A stretch of 64,000 nucleotides of DNA from Candidatus Woesearchaeota archaeon (GTDB lineage: Archaea; Nanobdellota; Nanobdellia; Woesearchaeales; WJKL01): positions 326 through 64,325 of the forward strand of contig WJJM01000055.1 of the NCBI GenBank assembly GCA_014729675.1. The letters run 5' to 3'. The first letter of the stretch is position 1, and every line of letters begins with the position of its first letter. A program made the translations under genes and the position numbers. Below are positions 1 through 8,659 of the stretch, piece after piece. The notes below the pieces were generated by a model that was given only the letters and a program-made list of their open reading frames with translations, did not search any database and was not told the DNA's origin.

Positions 1-98
1 TTCTCATCCTCAACTGCTGTCTCAGTCATGCGCTAATCTCCTTAAAAAATAGGTCAGTAAACGAAAGCTATATAAGTTTTGGATGTTTCCAGAAAAGC

Positions 99-266
99 AT
101 GGCATATTTTTATGTTTGTCCTGAATGTGGAGAGTGGTATTTTCCTGATCAAGATAGGATATGTCCTAAATGTAAGGTCAGATTAATCCCGACCTGTCCT
201 TACTGTGGAGAAACTGAAAAGAATTGTTCTTGCAAAAAAGAGAAAAGGCGTATTGACAAATCTTAA
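99..266 (+). CDS. small zinc-ribbon protein (4x CxxC), 55 aa; below the 60-aa ORF-track cutoff
   Basis: ATG at 99, stop TAA 264-266. Translation MAYFYVCPECGEWYFPDQDRICPKCKVRLIPTCPYCGETEKNCSCKKEKRRIDKS has four Cys pairs. Confidence 0.4.
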   Translation: MAYFYVCPECGEWYFPDQDRICPKCKVRLIPTCPYCGETEKNCSCKKEKRRIDKS

Positions 267-532
267 AAATGATGTATGTTTAATTATAAGCCATTTCATT
301 TATTTCTAAGGGAGATGTCATGTATCAGCCCAATCAGATCCATAGGGTTTCACCAATCCATTTTTCTTCCAACGGAGTTCATGCTGATTATAACTCCGGA
401 GGTTTGAGCCAACATCACCACATTCCTTTCCAGGGGCAGACTACTCTTCCAGCATTCGGCATCGGCGGCAAGCCTTCATATCAGAATGATATGAAAATGT
501 ATGGTATGGGTGGTACGCTTCTGAATAAATGA

Positions 533-1015
533 TTAGGTGTTGAATAATTCAGGATTCTGGTTCCTGAAGCTGTAGAAGGACTCGCCTATAATGATGTGAT
601 CCTGGAATACGAGTTTGACAGCTTTGGCAGCTTCAGCGATCTCTTCTGTAATTTGAGTATCATTCCTCGAAGGGGAAGAGTTCATCGAAGGATGGTTATG
701 CGCTATGATGAATGAGACAGCGTTTGCTGTCAGCACTCTTCTCAATATTTCTGGGATATCGATGTTCGCGCATCCGTTTCCTCCAGCAAACAGTTCTACA
801 GCTGAAAGCAAAGTGTTCCCTGAATCAAGCAGAAGCAACACAAATATCTCTCTGTGGCTTTCTTTGAGCCATGACAGGCATTCTGCAGCTTCTGCCGCAG
901 AGCATACTATTTTACCTATGCCTTTTGCTCTCATCTGTTTTGTGATCTTTTTCTGTTTCCATTTCAGCTTGAGTTCACATACGTGATCCATCTTTGTCCC
1001 CGAAAAAACATTCAT
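533..1015 (-). CDS. radC: RadC-like JAB/MPN domain protein
   Basis: JAMM-like motif IIAHNHPSMNSSPSRNDTQIT (HxHPxG..S..D) at the C-terminus; size fits short RadC forms. Confidence 0.8.
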   Translation of the reverse strand: MNVFSGTKMDHVCELKLKWKQKKITKQMRAKGIGKIVCSAAEAAECLSWLKESHREIFVLLLLDSGNTLLSAVELFAGGNGCANIDIPEILRRVLTANAVSFIIAHNHPSMNSSPSRNDTQITEEIAEAAKAVKLVFQDHIIIGESFYSFRNQNPELFNT

Positions 1016-1213
1016 TGCAGTCAGAATCGAGATTATGCTGCTTGCATCTCTCGCATACAGGATTCTTGTCTATCCTGCTTAAGGCCGCCTCAAGAAAAGT
1101 GTTTGTTATAGCAGTTATAGGCTTATTCAATATTTGTTTGAGCCTGTACATGGCTCTTACATTCCTTTCGAATATCTGAGGAGAATACATATTGGCTCCT
1201 TTGTTAACTCTGG

Positions 1214-2293
1214 TTAACCTCTTAGGGGCATGAGCAGGGCTTTTCTGCCTGTCTGCTCGTCATCAAAGACAATAGGGGTTGCTTCATCAAAAAAGCGTAT
1301 CGTGTCAAAGCTCATGCTGATTATGTTTGAGAATATTCTTGAGTTCACCTTTAAAGAGATGCTAAAGCTTATGTTCTTGTCTTTCATCACAAAGAAAGCA
1401 TTGTCCTTGCCTTCAACTTTAACCTTGCCTTTGCTGAAGCTCAGCTTTATCGGATAATTTTTGTCATTCACAGGAAGGTCTTCGATGCTTTGCATAAGCA
1501 TCATTTGTGCATCTTCGATTATATCCCATGCAAGCCCATCTCCATTAGGAATGACCTTTGGATAGTCAGGATATGAGCCTAAGACTTCAGTTGAATATAT
1601 GATATTGTTGAATCTCAGATAGACTCTTTCTTCAGTCTTATTTTTATGATATGCTGCCTCAACAGGAGCCTGTGTTACAAGCTCTCTTGTCTTAAGGAAC
1701 TTTGTCAACGGAACAGCAGTCTTTTTCTTTGTGAAGCTTATTTCCATGTCAGCGATGTACATCATCTTGCCGTCTGTCGCGACAATCTTGTTATTCTTTC
1801 CGTCAAAACAGATTGTATTTTTGTTTATGGTTATATCTGAATATTCTTCTGCAAACTCTCCAGCCTGAAGCAGCAGTTCCGGAAAATAGTTATCGTCAAG
1901 ACTCTGCCAGTCCAGCTTTGCAGGAATATTTGGGATATCTTCAGGCGTGATCCTCTTCAGGCTTCTCTGCATCATGATATTATCAGAAGGCATATAGATA
2001 TTGATGTCCTCTTCATCAGACTCGAAATAAAAGATGTCCTGATTCTGCTTTGCCAATGTCTTCAATTCTTCAAGAGATATGCTGAAGCTCCCTTTTCCTT
2101 CTGAATTTTCAGGGAGGTCTTCATATATCTCGGCAAAGCAGCAGGTGTTCTTTGCAACTGCTTTTAATGATCCTTTTACGCTTTGGAAACTGATAAGCTT
2201 TTGATCATCCTTCATGCTCCTGTGTATGATCCTTGATGCAGCTTTTGAGATGTTTTTCAATGTGTCTTTGTGCGTTAATAGGCTCAGGTTCAT
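1214..2293 (-). CDS. DnaN-like sliding clamp (bacterial beta-clamp family), 359 aa
   Basis: Length matches DnaN (~366 aa). Motif KIVATDGKMMYIADM lies at the position of the DnaN LVATDGHRLA motif. The N-terminus is DnaN-like (MNLSLL...KNISKAASRIIHRSMKDDQKLISFQSVKGSLKAVAKN). The neighbour is RadC. Confidence 0.55.
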   Translation of the reverse strand: MNLSLLTHKDTLKNISKAASRIIHRSMKDDQKLISFQSVKGSLKAVAKNTCCFAEIYEDLPENSEGKGSFSISLEELKTLAKQNQDIFYFESDEEDINIYMPSDNIMMQRSLKRITPEDIPNIPAKLDWQSLDDNYFPELLLQAGEFAEEYSDITINKNTICFDGKNNKIVATDGKMMYIADMEISFTKKKTAVPLTKFLKTRELVTQAPVEAAYHKNKTEERVYLRFNNIIYSTEVLGSYPDYPKVIPNGDGLAWDIIEDAQMMLMQSIEDLPVNDKNYPIKLSFSKGKVKVEGKDNAFFVMKDKNISFSISLKVNSRIFSNIISMSFDTIRFFDEATPIVFDDEQTGRKALLMPLRG

Positions 2294-2474
2294 CCTGGAT
2301 TCCTTTCAGAAAAAGGTTGACAATTGTTTTGAGTTAATCACTTGTGCATTTATTTGAAATGTTTTATGAGATGGTGAATGCATACAGATTACAGGTCTTT
2401 CAAAAATAAGCTTGACATCGTTAATTTTGGGTGTAGATTATTCATAAAGACACTTTATTTTAGGAGGGTTTCTG

Positions 2475-2714
2475 ATGTCAAATACATGGAATAATCAGAA
2501 TCACTTTCTTCAGCAGAATCAGGCTAAGAAAGAAACATTTTATACTCATGATAGTTTGACTGGTCAGGATCTTCGGATTGTTAAATCAATACAATCCAAT
2601 CAGATTGATATGTTCATCTCTGATGCTGGAACAAATGGCAGGATTCATGATCACAGCGGAATAGATCTTGTCAATAAAAGAGCCTTCAATGTCAACCGAG
2701 GACAGCAGTTTTAA
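2475..2714 (+). CDS. hypothetical Q/N-rich small protein
   Basis: Strong SD-like taggaggg 7 nt upstream of the ATG; 79 aa; overlaps the 3' end of the convergent 2692-2991 gene. Confidence 0.35.
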   Translation: MSNTWNNQNHFLQQNQAKKETFYTHDSLTGQDLRIVKSIQSNQIDMFISDAGTNGRIHDHSGIDLVNKRAFNVNRGQQF

Positions 2715-2991
2715 GTAGCTTTTTAGCTATTGTCCTTGCGTCTTCTTCAGTTAAATCTGGATTGTCCAGTCTGGCACAACCTATTACCAGGCTGTTTATA
2801 TTTTCTCCCAGATCGAACTTCACAAAGGATTGTGCAATTTCAGCTCCTTCATCCTTGGTGGTTTTTCCATCGGATATATTAACAAGAACTTTCTTCAGAA
2901 GCGTTTTTAATTTATCAGCTTTTTCATCTGAAATATGATAGTCTGAGTTGATTTCATCGAAAAGATGCTCTGCTTGTTTTTTCAATTTCAT
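2692..2991 (-). CDS. hypothetical protein, possibly TerB-like (weak)
   Basis: 99 aa; segment VLVNISDGKTTKDEGAEIAQSF resembles the TerB ADG..E motif; last gene of the 3-gene minus-strand operon headed by the GGDEF-like gene. Confidence 0.4.
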   Translation of the reverse strand: MKLKKQAEHLFDEINSDYHISDEKADKLKTLLKKVLVNISDGKTTKDEGAEIAQSFVKFDLGENINSLVIGCARLDNPDLTEEDARTIAKKLLKTAVLG

Positions 2992-3042
2992 TTTGTAATG
3001 TAAAAAGAATCTGTATTCTCCGACCCTTATCTTTCCGGCATC

Positions 3043-3243
3043 TTATGCAAATTCGTCTCTCATAACATCATGGGAGATAAGCCTACTCTTTGATTTCTTT
3101 CTTGAATCCTCTATCTCGCTTAATACATCTTCAGAAACGATTGATTCGTCTTTGATAAGCGCTTTCAGGTCTTTCATCTCCTTTCTTAGGCCGATTAGGT
3201 CTTCATGTATCTGTTCAAGTGTGATTGCAGCCATGTGTTTCAC
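3043..3243 (-). CDS. small helical protein, 66 aa, unknown function
   Basis: Lies between the GGDEF-like gene and the TerB-like gene on the same strand with short spacers. Confidence 0.4.
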   Translation of the reverse strand: MKHMAAITLEQIHEDLIGLRKEMKDLKALIKDESIVSEDVLSEIEDSRKKSKSRLISHDVMRDEFA

Positions 3244-3290
3244 CTGTTATGTATATGTTCTGAGGGTATATAAAACTTGCTGTTTCAATC

Positions 3291-3821
3291 TTATGATGCT
3301 TTTATTACATCCTTCCTATGATCCGACTTTATTTTCAGCACCTTTTCAGCCAGCTTTGAAGCTTCTCTTTCTAAGTTTTCAGAAGTGTTCCATGTGCCCA
3401 GGGCATAAGTGAATGACAGTTCATTCTTTGTTGCTGCTCTCTTCAGTTTTTCAAGAACAGCTTCTGCATCCTGCTTTTTTGTTCCTGTCACACACAGGAT
3501 CTCGTCCCCTGAGAAGAACTTTCCTATAAAGCAGTCTGATTGCCTTGTTTCTATGGAAAACATGGCTCTGAGGCGATTATTCATGGCCTCATAGCCGTTC
3601 TGCTGGTTAAGGGCATGCAGATTGTCTATATCTATGAAGATGACATGCCTTTTGATACCTCTGGGCTGTTTCCTGGCAAAATTAAGCAGTCCTGACCTGT
3701 TCAATATGCCGTAATTCTCATCAAAACTGAGATTAAGCTCTAATTTTCTGATATCTCGTTCCAATTTCTGAATTTTCTGAGTAAACCCAAAGATTCTTCC
3801 TACTATTGTCGTGAGAGACAT
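3291..3821 (-). CDS. minimal stand-alone GGDEF-like (Palm-domain) nucleotide cyclase, 176 aa, signature SGDEI
   Basis: YGILNRSGLLNFARKQ matches D-x-LTGL-x-NRR. VIFIDIDNLHALNQQNGYEAMNNRLRAMF matches the DhFKxIND..GH..GD block. CFIGKFFSGDEILCV matches RyGGDEF with G-G-D-E-F replaced by S-G-D-E-I. No sensor or partner domain is present. Confidence 0.6.
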   Translation of the reverse strand: MSLTTIVGRIFGFTQKIQKLERDIRKLELNLSFDENYGILNRSGLLNFARKQPRGIKRHVIFIDIDNLHALNQQNGYEAMNNRLRAMFSIETRQSDCFIGKFFSGDEILCVTGTKKQDAEAVLEKLKRAATKNELSFTYALGTWNTSENLEREASKLAEKVLKIKSDHRKDVIKAS

Positions 3822-3894
3822 TCTTGCCTCCTTTCGAACAGAACAGATCGCTTTATGAGTGATTTTTTAAATAAAATCTATATTAAGCCAGATT

Positions 3895-4353
3895 ATGATG
3901 TATAATATAAATGGAGTTTCCATGATTATGACACGTAAGAATTCAGACCTTATTTTTTGCAGCGCTTCTACCAAGGAGAAGCTATATTACCTTGCTATGA
4001 TAGTGCTTAAGTTTAAAATATTGAACAACATATACGTAGCTGCATATATTGGTGGAGGAGCAAGATTGTGGGCGGAGGGATTGAGAACTCATTTCAATGA
4101 CATTGATGTTTGGCTCCCAGGATATCATACAAAGTCACGGTCTTACATTGATAATCAATTAGTTGATGGAGATCCCGATGCTGAAATCCCTCCAAGAATT
4201 CATAATTTTTGCAGGAGAACAGCAACAGAAATTTTTGCTGGTATATATGCCTCTTCCATAGAGCATTTGCTCAATATTAAACTTTTTCTTAATAGAGATA
4301 AGGATCAGAAAGATATATACTTACTCAAGAAATACCTCCAAGAAAGGTCTTAG
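3895..4353 (+). CDS. minimal nucleotidyltransferase (pol-beta fold, MNT-like)
   Basis: YIGGGARLWAEGLRTHFNDIDVW fits hG[GS]x9-13 D[IV]D; 152 aa; divergent from the GGDEF-like operon. Confidence 0.4.
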   Translation: MMYNINGVSMIMTRKNSDLIFCSASTKEKLYYLAMIVLKFKILNNIYVAAYIGGGARLWAEGLRTHFNDIDVWLPGYHTKSRSYIDNQLVDGDPDAEIPPRIHNFCRRTATEIFAGIYASSIEHLLNIKLFLNRDKDQKDIYLLKKYLQERS

Positions 4354-4380
4354 ATATTCACGATTTTTAGGTATGACAAT

Positions 4381-5343
4381 ATGATCAAGGGAATTCTTGT
4401 AGAAGGGGTTGATTGTTCTGGAAAGACAACATTGGTGACAAGACTAAAGACAGATCTCAGTTCATATGGCTGGGATTCTCAGACCTGTTGTCATCGATCA
4501 GAGGATCAATTCGATAGATACCTTCAGATTTATTGCAACTCAGATCGTATCATATTCGACAGAGGTCATTTTAGTGAGATAGTATATGGAGATTTATGGA
4601 GAAAATCTCGCCACTTTCAGCAATGGGAAATTGAATGGCTAAATGAATATGTGCTGATGCATTTCATAGTCATCTGGTGCTATGCCTCAGAAGAATGCCT
4701 GAAAAAACGTTATACCCAGCAAGGTATTAACAGGAAGATAAAGGTCGATCAACTAATTCATATACAGACAGCATTTGAGAATTTATTCCAGCACAATTCA
4801 GTAATCAAATATTGTTCGGATTCTTTCGTCTCGCTAGACAAATTAGTTGATATGATATATTATCTAATCCACCAAGACAATGAAGGGATTAACGAACATG
4901 ACATTATTCCACCATTAGCCAAAGAAGCGTATTGGGGAATTATCGTCCACAGCAATATTTCTTATTTTGAAAAACTAATTGTTGAAGAAATCAAAGTACA
5001 TTTTCCTGATATATCAATTAAGATGCTTTCTAACAAAATAACAGTTGATAGTTTTCTTAAGGAATACTCTTCGACGAAAAGAACAGTATTCATTGGATGC
5101 CTCCCTCATCTTGCCTCCAATGCAAGAACTCTTAATTCTCAAGATGCCACTTTACTTCTAAATGACCTAATAAGACATAAATTTCTATGGATAATCGATG
5201 AGACAAGTAAATGTTCAGAAAATTACCTTAAATTTTATCAAGAGTTGCCATTACATAATAAAATATCTGTCTCTTCAGACAAACCAAATTCAATAAAAAA
5301 TGTAAGAAACCAAATAGCTACGCGTATTAATAGCTTTATTTAA
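4381..5343 (+). CDS. P-loop dNMP/deoxynucleoside kinase-like protein with a ~170-aa C-terminal extension
   Basis: N-terminal GILVEGVDCSGKTTL resembles the thymidylate kinase/dNK Walker A (vFEGiDGSGKTT); 320 aa; directly downstream of the MNT-like gene. Confidence 0.5.
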   Translation: MIKGILVEGVDCSGKTTLVTRLKTDLSSYGWDSQTCCHRSEDQFDRYLQIYCNSDRIIFDRGHFSEIVYGDLWRKSRHFQQWEIEWLNEYVLMHFIVIWCYASEECLKKRYTQQGINRKIKVDQLIHIQTAFENLFQHNSVIKYCSDSFVSLDKLVDMIYYLIHQDNEGINEHDIIPPLAKEAYWGIIVHSNISYFEKLIVEEIKVHFPDISIKMLSNKITVDSFLKEYSSTKRTVFIGCLPHLASNARTLNSQDATLLLNDLIRHKFLWIIDETSKCSENYLKFYQELPLHNKISVSSDKPNSIKNVRNQIATRINSFI

Positions 5344-5398
5344 TCATATAATCGGCTCTTGAACAAGTTCGTTTCTTTCTTTATGCTCATATTAGGTC

Positions 5399-6127
5399 TT
5401 ACGACAGTACTGCACTCTTTATATAAGTGACCTCTTTTTTCAACAAATCCACTTTTGCTGGGCAAGGAACGACACACTCTAAGACAAATGGAGCATATGT
5501 ATTTTTAGACAATTGTGATATATTCCGAAGGTGTAATAAATCGTGTTGAAACAAAAAACCATGATCCGTCATATCTCTTCCCAGAAAAGATATGTGAATT
5601 TCTGAGAGCATATCACGATAATTTCTCAAATAATCTGGTACGCTCATTGACGAGACCGTTAAGGCATGAGCATAGTCGAATGTTAATCTCAAAGAAGGAT
5701 AATTGTCGACAACATTTCTAATTTTATCGATTGTCTCCCAAGGACCTTTCCAGTCATCATTTTCTAATGATGGAGAAATGTCTGGATCTATTATTGATCT
5801 AAGATTATTGATTGTATTTCTGTGAAAAACAACATTCTTTGCTTTTATCAACAAATATAATTCAATAATCTTATCCATTATTTGTTTTGTCTTTCTATTC
5901 CGTTTGTAAGTTATATCCTTCCATGGCGCATGTATCGAATTAAAATTCAATTTTTGAAGATACCTAACATTAGATTTCGATATTTTAAAATCAAGAAGGT
6001 ATTTTGAATATGCAAAAGACATCTCTATACCTTGCGGATTATATCGTTTAATTAATTTAATCATTTTATTTCGATCATCTGTGATTTGATATAGGACTCC
6101 GGTTGATATGCAAATAGGGTTTTTCAT
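5399..6127 (-). CDS. hypothetical protein, possibly a TIM-barrel (xylose-isomerase-like) fold
   Basis: 242-aa ORF with no strong motif; fold guess is weak. Confidence 0.4.
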   Translation of the reverse strand: MKNPICISTGVLYQITDDRNKMIKLIKRYNPQGIEMSFAYSKYLLDFKISKSNVRYLQKLNFNSIHAPWKDITYKRNRKTKQIMDKIIELYLLIKAKNVVFHRNTINNLRSIIDPDISPSLENDDWKGPWETIDKIRNVVDNYPSLRLTFDYAHALTVSSMSVPDYLRNYRDMLSEIHISFLGRDMTDHGFLFQHDLLHLRNISQLSKNTYAPFVLECVVPCPAKVDLLKKEVTYIKSAVLS

Positions 6128-6259
6128 ATAACTGGTAACTATGGTGCAATTTAACTAATTTTCTATTAAAATAGGCATTCACTGCTCCTTTCGCTTTAAA
6201 ATAAAAAAAGGAGCCTGCAAAGGCTCCTTGGTTGAAGATAGGCGGGAGAAACTGCTGTC

Positions 6260-6415
6260 TTATTCTATACTGTTATTGTCTTCATCCTTTATTATGTAGA
6301 TGTTCTCCGGCTGTAATGCTTCGCAGTGCTCTTTTACCTCTTGAGCTTCTGTTAGGTCATCAAATGTTTCTTCCTGCTCAGTCTCAACAGGAATGAATGA
6401 GAGAAGTTTGTACAT
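6260..6415 (-). CDS. tiny acidic protein (51 aa), paralog A
   Basis: MYKLLSFIPVETEQEETFDDLTEAQEVKEHCEALQPENIYIIKDEDNNSIE. Clear paralog of the protein encoded at 7475-7645; the shared block PVE..E..FE...EA.E.KEH.E.L.PENIYII.DED is conserved. Confidence 0.5.
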   Translation of the reverse strand: MYKLLSFIPVETEQEETFDDLTEAQEVKEHCEALQPENIYIIKDEDNNSIE

Positions 6416-6489
6416 GCATGCCTCCTTTCGTAATTACATTATCCGAATAATTGATATAATTGATGTAATGATTATGTTGGGAGATTATT

Positions 6490-7209
6490 ATGATCGAGAT
6501 TGTTCTTTATTTCGCGATATGGAAAATGATCTATGATTCGATGTTTTTGTTTGAAGTATATGCAATACATGGAAGCATCGACAGATACCAAACTCAGTAT
6601 AAAAATGAACTTGGTATTGATAAGAACTCTTTCCCACTGCCAATAAAAAAGATATTGTCGCGCTTTCTGGGATCGATAGTCTTTATTATTTTGGCTAGGG
6701 TCTTAACAATCAGCGTAAAGCAAAAAAATATCTACTCATTGCTGATTGCAGTTTCTTATGTAATGTCTGCTTTCGGTGCTGCGCTTATTACTAATAAGAA
6801 TGAAAGATCTTTGGGCATTATTGATTTCAGTTGGTATTCCATGATGGCAATTGCCTGTGGAGGCCTTATATTCTGCCAGTATCTTCCTGATTATCTCAAT
6901 GTCAATATTCCAGCAGACTTCTCAAAGGTCTATTATATTGCTTATCATAATGAGACTCAGAATCTTTTGCAAAAAACGGTTGACGCGATGTTGATTGTCG
7001 GTTCAGTCCTGGCTGTCTGCATGACAATAATATGGGGGAAAGATATTTGGAGACCAAAAGATGCAGTGGAAAGGCTTCAATATGTAAAAACAGCCTGCAT
7101 GTCAATGAGGATGGTCATAGCATATTTTTCTATATGCCTTGCTGTCTTTTATTGGCTTGGCCTTCCCTTGTACAATAAGATGGTTGTGTTAAGGGAATTT
7201 ATTAAATGA
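6490..7209 (+). CDS. polytopic membrane protein, unknown function
   Basis: 239 aa with multiple hydrophobic segments. Confidence 0.55.
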   Translation: MIEIVLYFAIWKMIYDSMFLFEVYAIHGSIDRYQTQYKNELGIDKNSFPLPIKKILSRFLGSIVFIILARVLTISVKQKNIYSLLIAVSYVMSAFGAALITNKNERSLGIIDFSWYSMMAIACGGLIFCQYLPDYLNVNIPADFSKVYYIAYHNETQNLLQKTVDAMLIVGSVLAVCMTIIWGKDIWRPKDAVERLQYVKTACMSMRMVIAYFSICLAVFYWLGLPLYNKMVVLREFIK

Positions 7210-7443
7210 TTACTTTTCATATTTCAAGATAGCTTCCAATTCAAGAAAATACTTTGAAAGCTCTTCTTTGTTTTTCTCCCATTGCTTAAAACAGTCAGTA
7301 GCTCTTCGGCCAACTCTTGAATCCATGTCAACCTCTCCTATTTCATAGATCTTTTTTGCAATTATTTCCTGGCCTTTTACAAGATGGAGGAGTATCTGAA
7401 GCATGGCTTGTTTTTCTTTTGCCTGTAGTTTGTTATCATCCAT
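7210..7443 (-). CDS. hypothetical 77-aa protein
   Basis: Immediately downstream, on the same strand, of paralog B of the tiny acidic protein. Confidence 0.4.
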   Translation of the reverse strand: MDDNKLQAKEKQAMLQILLHLVKGQEIIAKKIYEIGEVDMDSRVGRRATDCFKQWEKNKEELSKYFLELEAILKYEK

Positions 7444-7474
7444 ATTATCACCTTTCTAAAATTATGATGAAGGG

Positions 7475-7645
7475 TTATAAATAATTTTCTCTTTTACTCA
7501 GGCTGTCTTCATCCATTATTATGTAAATGTTTTCTGGATGTAATGTTTCAAGATGCTCTTTTTCTTCCTCTGCTTCCTGTATCTCCTCAAATGCTTCAGG
7601 ATTCTCAGGTTCAACAGGCATATATGGAATGATTCTGTATGGCAT
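7475..7645 (-). CDS. tiny acidic protein (56 aa), paralog B
   Basis: MPYRIIPYMPVEPENPEAFEEIQEAEEEKEHLETLHPENIYIIMDEDSLSKRENYL. Nucleotide similarity to 6260-6415 is visible. Confidence 0.5.
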   Translation of the reverse strand: MPYRIIPYMPVEPENPEAFEEIQEAEEEKEHLETLHPENIYIIMDEDSLSKRENYL

Positions 7646-7720
7646 TGATCGCTCCTTTCTATTTTAAATAAGTGAGAATTTCGCTGGCGTGGGTTTATCT
7701 ACCGAAAACGCCTGTTTGTG

Positions 7721-7895
7721 TTGAATTCAGGCAGTACACAGCCGGAATCGGCTGAATTTACTTTATCGAATCAACGATAAAGATGCTGTCTCAAATCAAT
7801 GAAACAGTTTTCAAAACATCTGCCAAATCAATGGCATTTTTGCATTGCTTTAATCAAAAAGCAGCTTTGGTTTTGAAACGATTTGTTGAAATCTA
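7721..7895. repeat. 175-bp direct repeat, copy 1 (left boundary of the candidate integrated element)
   Basis: About 95% identical to 12839-13012; the two copies start with ttgaattc[a/g]ggcagtacac and end with gatttgttgaaatcta. Confidence 0.9.
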
Positions 7896-8024
7896 TTCAA
7901 TATATGGGTGGAAAGAAGTTATAAAGATTATGGGGCATGGGTGGTGAAAGATAATGACTCATGTTCATCTAAACTTGATTTTTGACAAAATCATGTTATA
8001 ATTATTATCAAAACAAATAATCGA

Positions 8025-8627
8025 GTGTTTTATAAAGAGGTATTTCCTTCTCTGCATATGTCAGAGAGACATAATAAAGGAGTTAGAAGGCTTATGGGTG
8101 CAGCCTTTCTTGCTATACTGTCGCTTCCATTTATGGATATTCCCTTTAACTACTGCAAATTTCTTTATAACAATAATAAAGTCAGAAAAAACGACAATAA
8201 TATATCATATACTGAAGGTATCGATAAGTGGGGTTTAAAGGGCTACAAGATATTCAGGCGTGACAGCAAAAAAACAAAAGTGCAGCATTTTGAATATGAT
8301 TCATTTTTAACACCAAAAGTAGTGTATTCTGCAACAGACTGCGATAACGATGGTTTAGTGGACATTGTTGATTCTGGCAGTACTGTTCCTTATTTTAGAA
8401 GTAATTTAAATGAACGCAAAGAATATCGCAATAAATTATTAAAGATGTCAATCTTTGGGACACTAAGCAAAAACAAATATAAGAGGGAATTTGGTAAGAT
8501 CTGCCATGATGTCGCTACAGATCCTAATAGGACAAGATATATATCTGAGCTCGAAGAAATATTCAAGAAAGCTGATAATGAGCTTGAACATTTTAATAAG
8601 ATGACTTCATATTCTGATAATAACTGA
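8025..8627 (+). CDS. hypothetical protein with a DxDxDG Ca-binding-like motif
   Basis: DCDNDGLVDIVDSG motif; the true start may be an internal Met (MSERHNK or MGAAFLAIL). Confidence 0.45.
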   Translation: MFYKEVFPSLHMSERHNKGVRRLMGAAFLAILSLPFMDIPFNYCKFLYNNNKVRKNDNNISYTEGIDKWGLKGYKIFRRDSKKTKVQHFEYDSFLTPKVVYSATDCDNDGLVDIVDSGSTVPYFRSNLNERKEYRNKLLKMSIFGTLSKNKYKREFGKICHDVATDPNRTRYISELEEIFKKADNELEHFNKMTSYSDNN

Positions 8628-8659
8628 TGTTATCATTCTTCTTATAGAAAAGGAACACT

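Noticed and set aside
2475-2714. YTHDSLTGQDLR resembling the start of a GGDEF domain (D-x-LTG)
   Set aside because: The protein is only 79 aa and lacks all downstream GGDEF blocks. It is kept as a hypothetical CDS, not a cyclase.
3291-3821. Assignment of the small cyclase as mCpol/Cas10-Palm (GGDD) rather than GGDEF
   Set aside because: The signature reads S-G-D-E-I with an NR motif and DID metal site in GGDEF-typical spacing. No CRISPR or CARF components are nearby. It is called GGDEF-like, with the mCpol alternative noted as a check.
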